A DNA stretch of 62,834 bases, filler included, from Candidatus Hydrogenedentota bacterium (lineage in GTDB: Bacteria; JBFMHD01), in assembly GCA_040752395.1 (NCBI GenBank). It is 4 parts of 4 records of this genome, joined end to end, with 100 filler letters (N's around TTAATTAATTAA, not from the genome) between each part and the next. Parts side by side here need not be neighbours in the genome. Positions count along the whole stretch, not along the records: positions 51,849 to 62,834 come from JBFMHD010000083.1; 3 more parts are not named here. One strand, written 5' to 3'. Position 1 is the first letter of the stretch, and each line of letters begins with the position of its first letter. A model generated the notes under the pieces. It did no database searches. It was given only the letters and a program-made list of their open reading frames with translations, and had not been told where the DNA came from. A program made the position numbers and the translations under genes. This document shows positions 60,814-62,834 of this stretch, one piece after another.

Positions 60814-62328
60814 TTACAGTTTTGTTTTTGTAACTTCATCATCGGGGATGTTTCTTGGAAGAATATTTTTGACTTTGTATTTTATAAACCCTATTCCCAT
60901 AAGAAAAAGCATGATGAGGTCACGGTAATGGTTTATCTCGGAGAGATATCTTTTAAGCATTACGAATAATGTAAGCTTCTCCTTATCCATTCCCCACCTT
61001 CCGCTCTGAGTGATCGAGAAAAGTCTTTCAGCTATATATGGAACACTCAGTTTCTCAAGGTAAAGCGGATAATCACCGAGTATGCCAGGAAGATAAAAAG
61101 GGCCGTATTTTTTATGTGCCATAGGGTCGCCCCAATCAAAATCCTTCGGAATGATTCTTCTCTCTTTGGCTATTTTTTCAAGGTCTGTGCCCGGATAAAT
61201 CCTTGTTGGCTGGATATGACATTTTGATTTTAATTTGGTTACAAGTTTAAAAGTTTTATCAGCCATTTTATAATCTTCATCAGGAAAACTCACCATAAGA
61301 TTGACTTCGCTGGTTAATCCCAGTTCATAACATATGCGGTCAACCTCGATTATCTTCTCATCTGAAATCTTTTTGCCTATCACTTTATTTCTGATGTAAT
61401 CATCGGCAGACTCGATACCGAAACATACATAAGTGCATCTTGACTCTTTCATTGTCTTAAGCATCTCTCTGTCAACATCATCGGCGCGGATTTCACAATC
61501 CCAGGTAATATCAAAACCTGATTTCATAATAGCGTCGCAAAACTCTAAAATCCTGCCCTTTTTTAGGTTGAAGGTTTCGTCGAAGAAACCGATGTGTTTT
61601 ATCCCGTATTGTTTATTTAATAACTTTATCTGCTCCATAATATTCTCGATTTTTCTAAACCGCACCTTTCCTTGCCAGAAATGGGTACTTGCGCAAAAGA
61701 TGCAGCCGAAAGGGCAGCCTCTGCCTCCAAACACGTTCATTGCGGGACGTTTCTCGCCATTATAGGTATGCACGTAATTATACACTTTAAAATCAGGTAT
61801 CAAATGATATGCAGGATTCGGTATAGTATCAAGATCCGGTATGTAATATCTCTTTGTGTTTATTATAATTTTGTTATTCACTCTGCAACAGACATTTGGT
61901 ATGTTTGAAAAATCTTTTTCCCCGTTTTTTATGGCTTCTGCTATTTTAACCATACTGTATTCAGCTTCGCCCTGAATGATTATATCGAGTTCAGGAAGAT
62001 GCCTCATAGTATTTTTAGGGCAGAGAGTGGGATGCGGTCCTCCTGCCATTACGGGAATCTTTAAATTGTTTTTCAGTGCTTTTACAAGCTCAAAACCCCG
62101 GAACCTCGAGTCAGTGGTGAAATATACGCCCACAATGTCAGGCGATTGCTGCCTAATGGCTGATACTGTCTGTTCAAGGGAAAGATCATATGGAAGCGGA
62201 TCCACAATCGCAGCTTCAAAACCGGCTTGCTCGAGCGCCGCGGCACAGTAAAGCATGCCGTTCGGAAAAACGAGAGGGTTTACTGAGAACCTCCAGCTTT
62301 TATGAGACTGCGCTAGAACGATTTTCAT
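60814..62328 (-). CDS. B12-binding radical SAM protein (class B methyltransferase-like)
   Basis: GGPHPT, GEAE, RGCPFGCIFC, GIES, PGT. Confidence 0.92.
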   Translation of the reverse strand: MKIVLAQSHKSWRFSVNPLVFPNGMLYCAAALEQAGFEAAIVDPLPYDLSLEQTVSAIRQQSPDIVGVYFTTDSRFRGFELVKALKNNLKIPVMAGGPHPTLCPKNTMRHLPELDIIIQGEAEYSMVKIAEAIKNGEKDFSNIPNVCCRVNNKIIINTKRYYIPDLDTIPNPAYHLIPDFKVYNYVHTYNGEKRPAMNVFGGRGCPFGCIFCASTHFWQGKVRFRKIENIMEQIKLLNKQYGIKHIGFFDETFNLKKGRILEFCDAIMKSGFDITWDCEIRADDVDREMLKTMKESRCTYVCFGIESADDYIRNKVIGKKISDEKIIEVDRICYELGLTSEVNLMVSFPDEDYKMADKTFKLVTKLKSKCHIQPTRIYPGTDLEKIAKERRIIPKDFDWGDPMAHKKYGPFYLPGILGDYPLYLEKLSVPYIAERLFSITQSGRWGMDKEKLTLFVMLKRYLSEINHYRDLIMLFLMGIGFIKYKVKNILPRNIPDDEVTKTKL

Positions 62329-62640
62329 TTGAATGCCCCTTAAAAATGTGGTTAATTAGAAAAATAACGCATAAAGAGTAACCCGTAAAACGGGTTGCTA
62401 TCATACCGCAGAGAATGACAGAGGAATCAACATTTATAATGTTAAAAAAATAAATCATGGCAGCTTCAAGAAATCCTATGTTGTTGAAACTTAAAGGTAT
62501 CAAAGTACACGTTCTTGATATTGCCTGCAGAAAGAATATATGAATGATATTTATGGATCTATACTTTCGTACATTTTACCTTGAAAAAATAAAAAGCCCC
62601 CGTATAATATTGACTACAATTAAATAATCAACACTATACA
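62300..62640 (-). pseudogene. Decayed paralog of the 55495-56445 flippase-like gene
   Basis: IFFLQAISRTCTLIPLSFNNIGFLEAAMIYFF vs IFFLHTISRVASIIPITINNIGVLEIAMIYFF; in-frame stop upstream. Confidence 0.7.
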
Positions 62641-62834
62641 GAGGAAACTTCAATGTTTACTACACAGCAAAGTATACAACCACCAAAGAATTTTGACAAG
62701 TATTTAAATCACTAATTAATTTTTGATAGTTTATATCACTTCCCTGTGAACCATAAAAAATTAGAATCATTATTTAATACCTTGAAAATGGCTGCTTAAA
62801 TGAAATCCATTGACTTATTTTCTGCTAAAGTATA

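Overview
AT-rich bacterial sequence, probably a draft genome or MAG. It consists of four contigs joined by artificial N-TTAATTAATTAA-N linkers (29499-29598, 40627-40726, 51749-51848), so adjacency across the linkers means nothing. Contig 1 starts with the remnant of a primase/ATPase-encoding integrative element with Rhs fragments. It continues with HK-RR-dnaK, two O-antigen-ligase/TPR genes, the rny-ymdB-spoVS-folD-xseAB-ispA-dxs-nadK operon, a 6S-RNA-like stem, two MNT-HEPN toxin-antitoxin pairs and a >2390-aa secreted Ig-rich protein with a T9SS-type/FlgD-like C-terminus. Contig 2 holds ybaB, a third (broken) MNT-HEPN pair and rpmH-rnpA-yidD-yidC-jag-mnmE-HK-PilZ-cdaA-cdaR-pdxJ. Contig 3 holds GT4, Rrf2, an ABC peptide-binding protein, a degenerate GH57, mltG, uppP and partial ftsK. 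Contig 4 is a surface-glycan modification cluster. The most unusual signal is a family of about 15 intergenic mosaics built from 7-8-nt tandem and palindromic modules. The full arrays keep a largely fixed module order and the same orientation relative to transcription. They end in a conserved ...GTTTTTC(A)GAGGAG that serves as the Shine-Dalgarno site of the next gene, four begin with their own ATG mini-ORF, and they bracket or adjoin MNT-HEPN cassettes.
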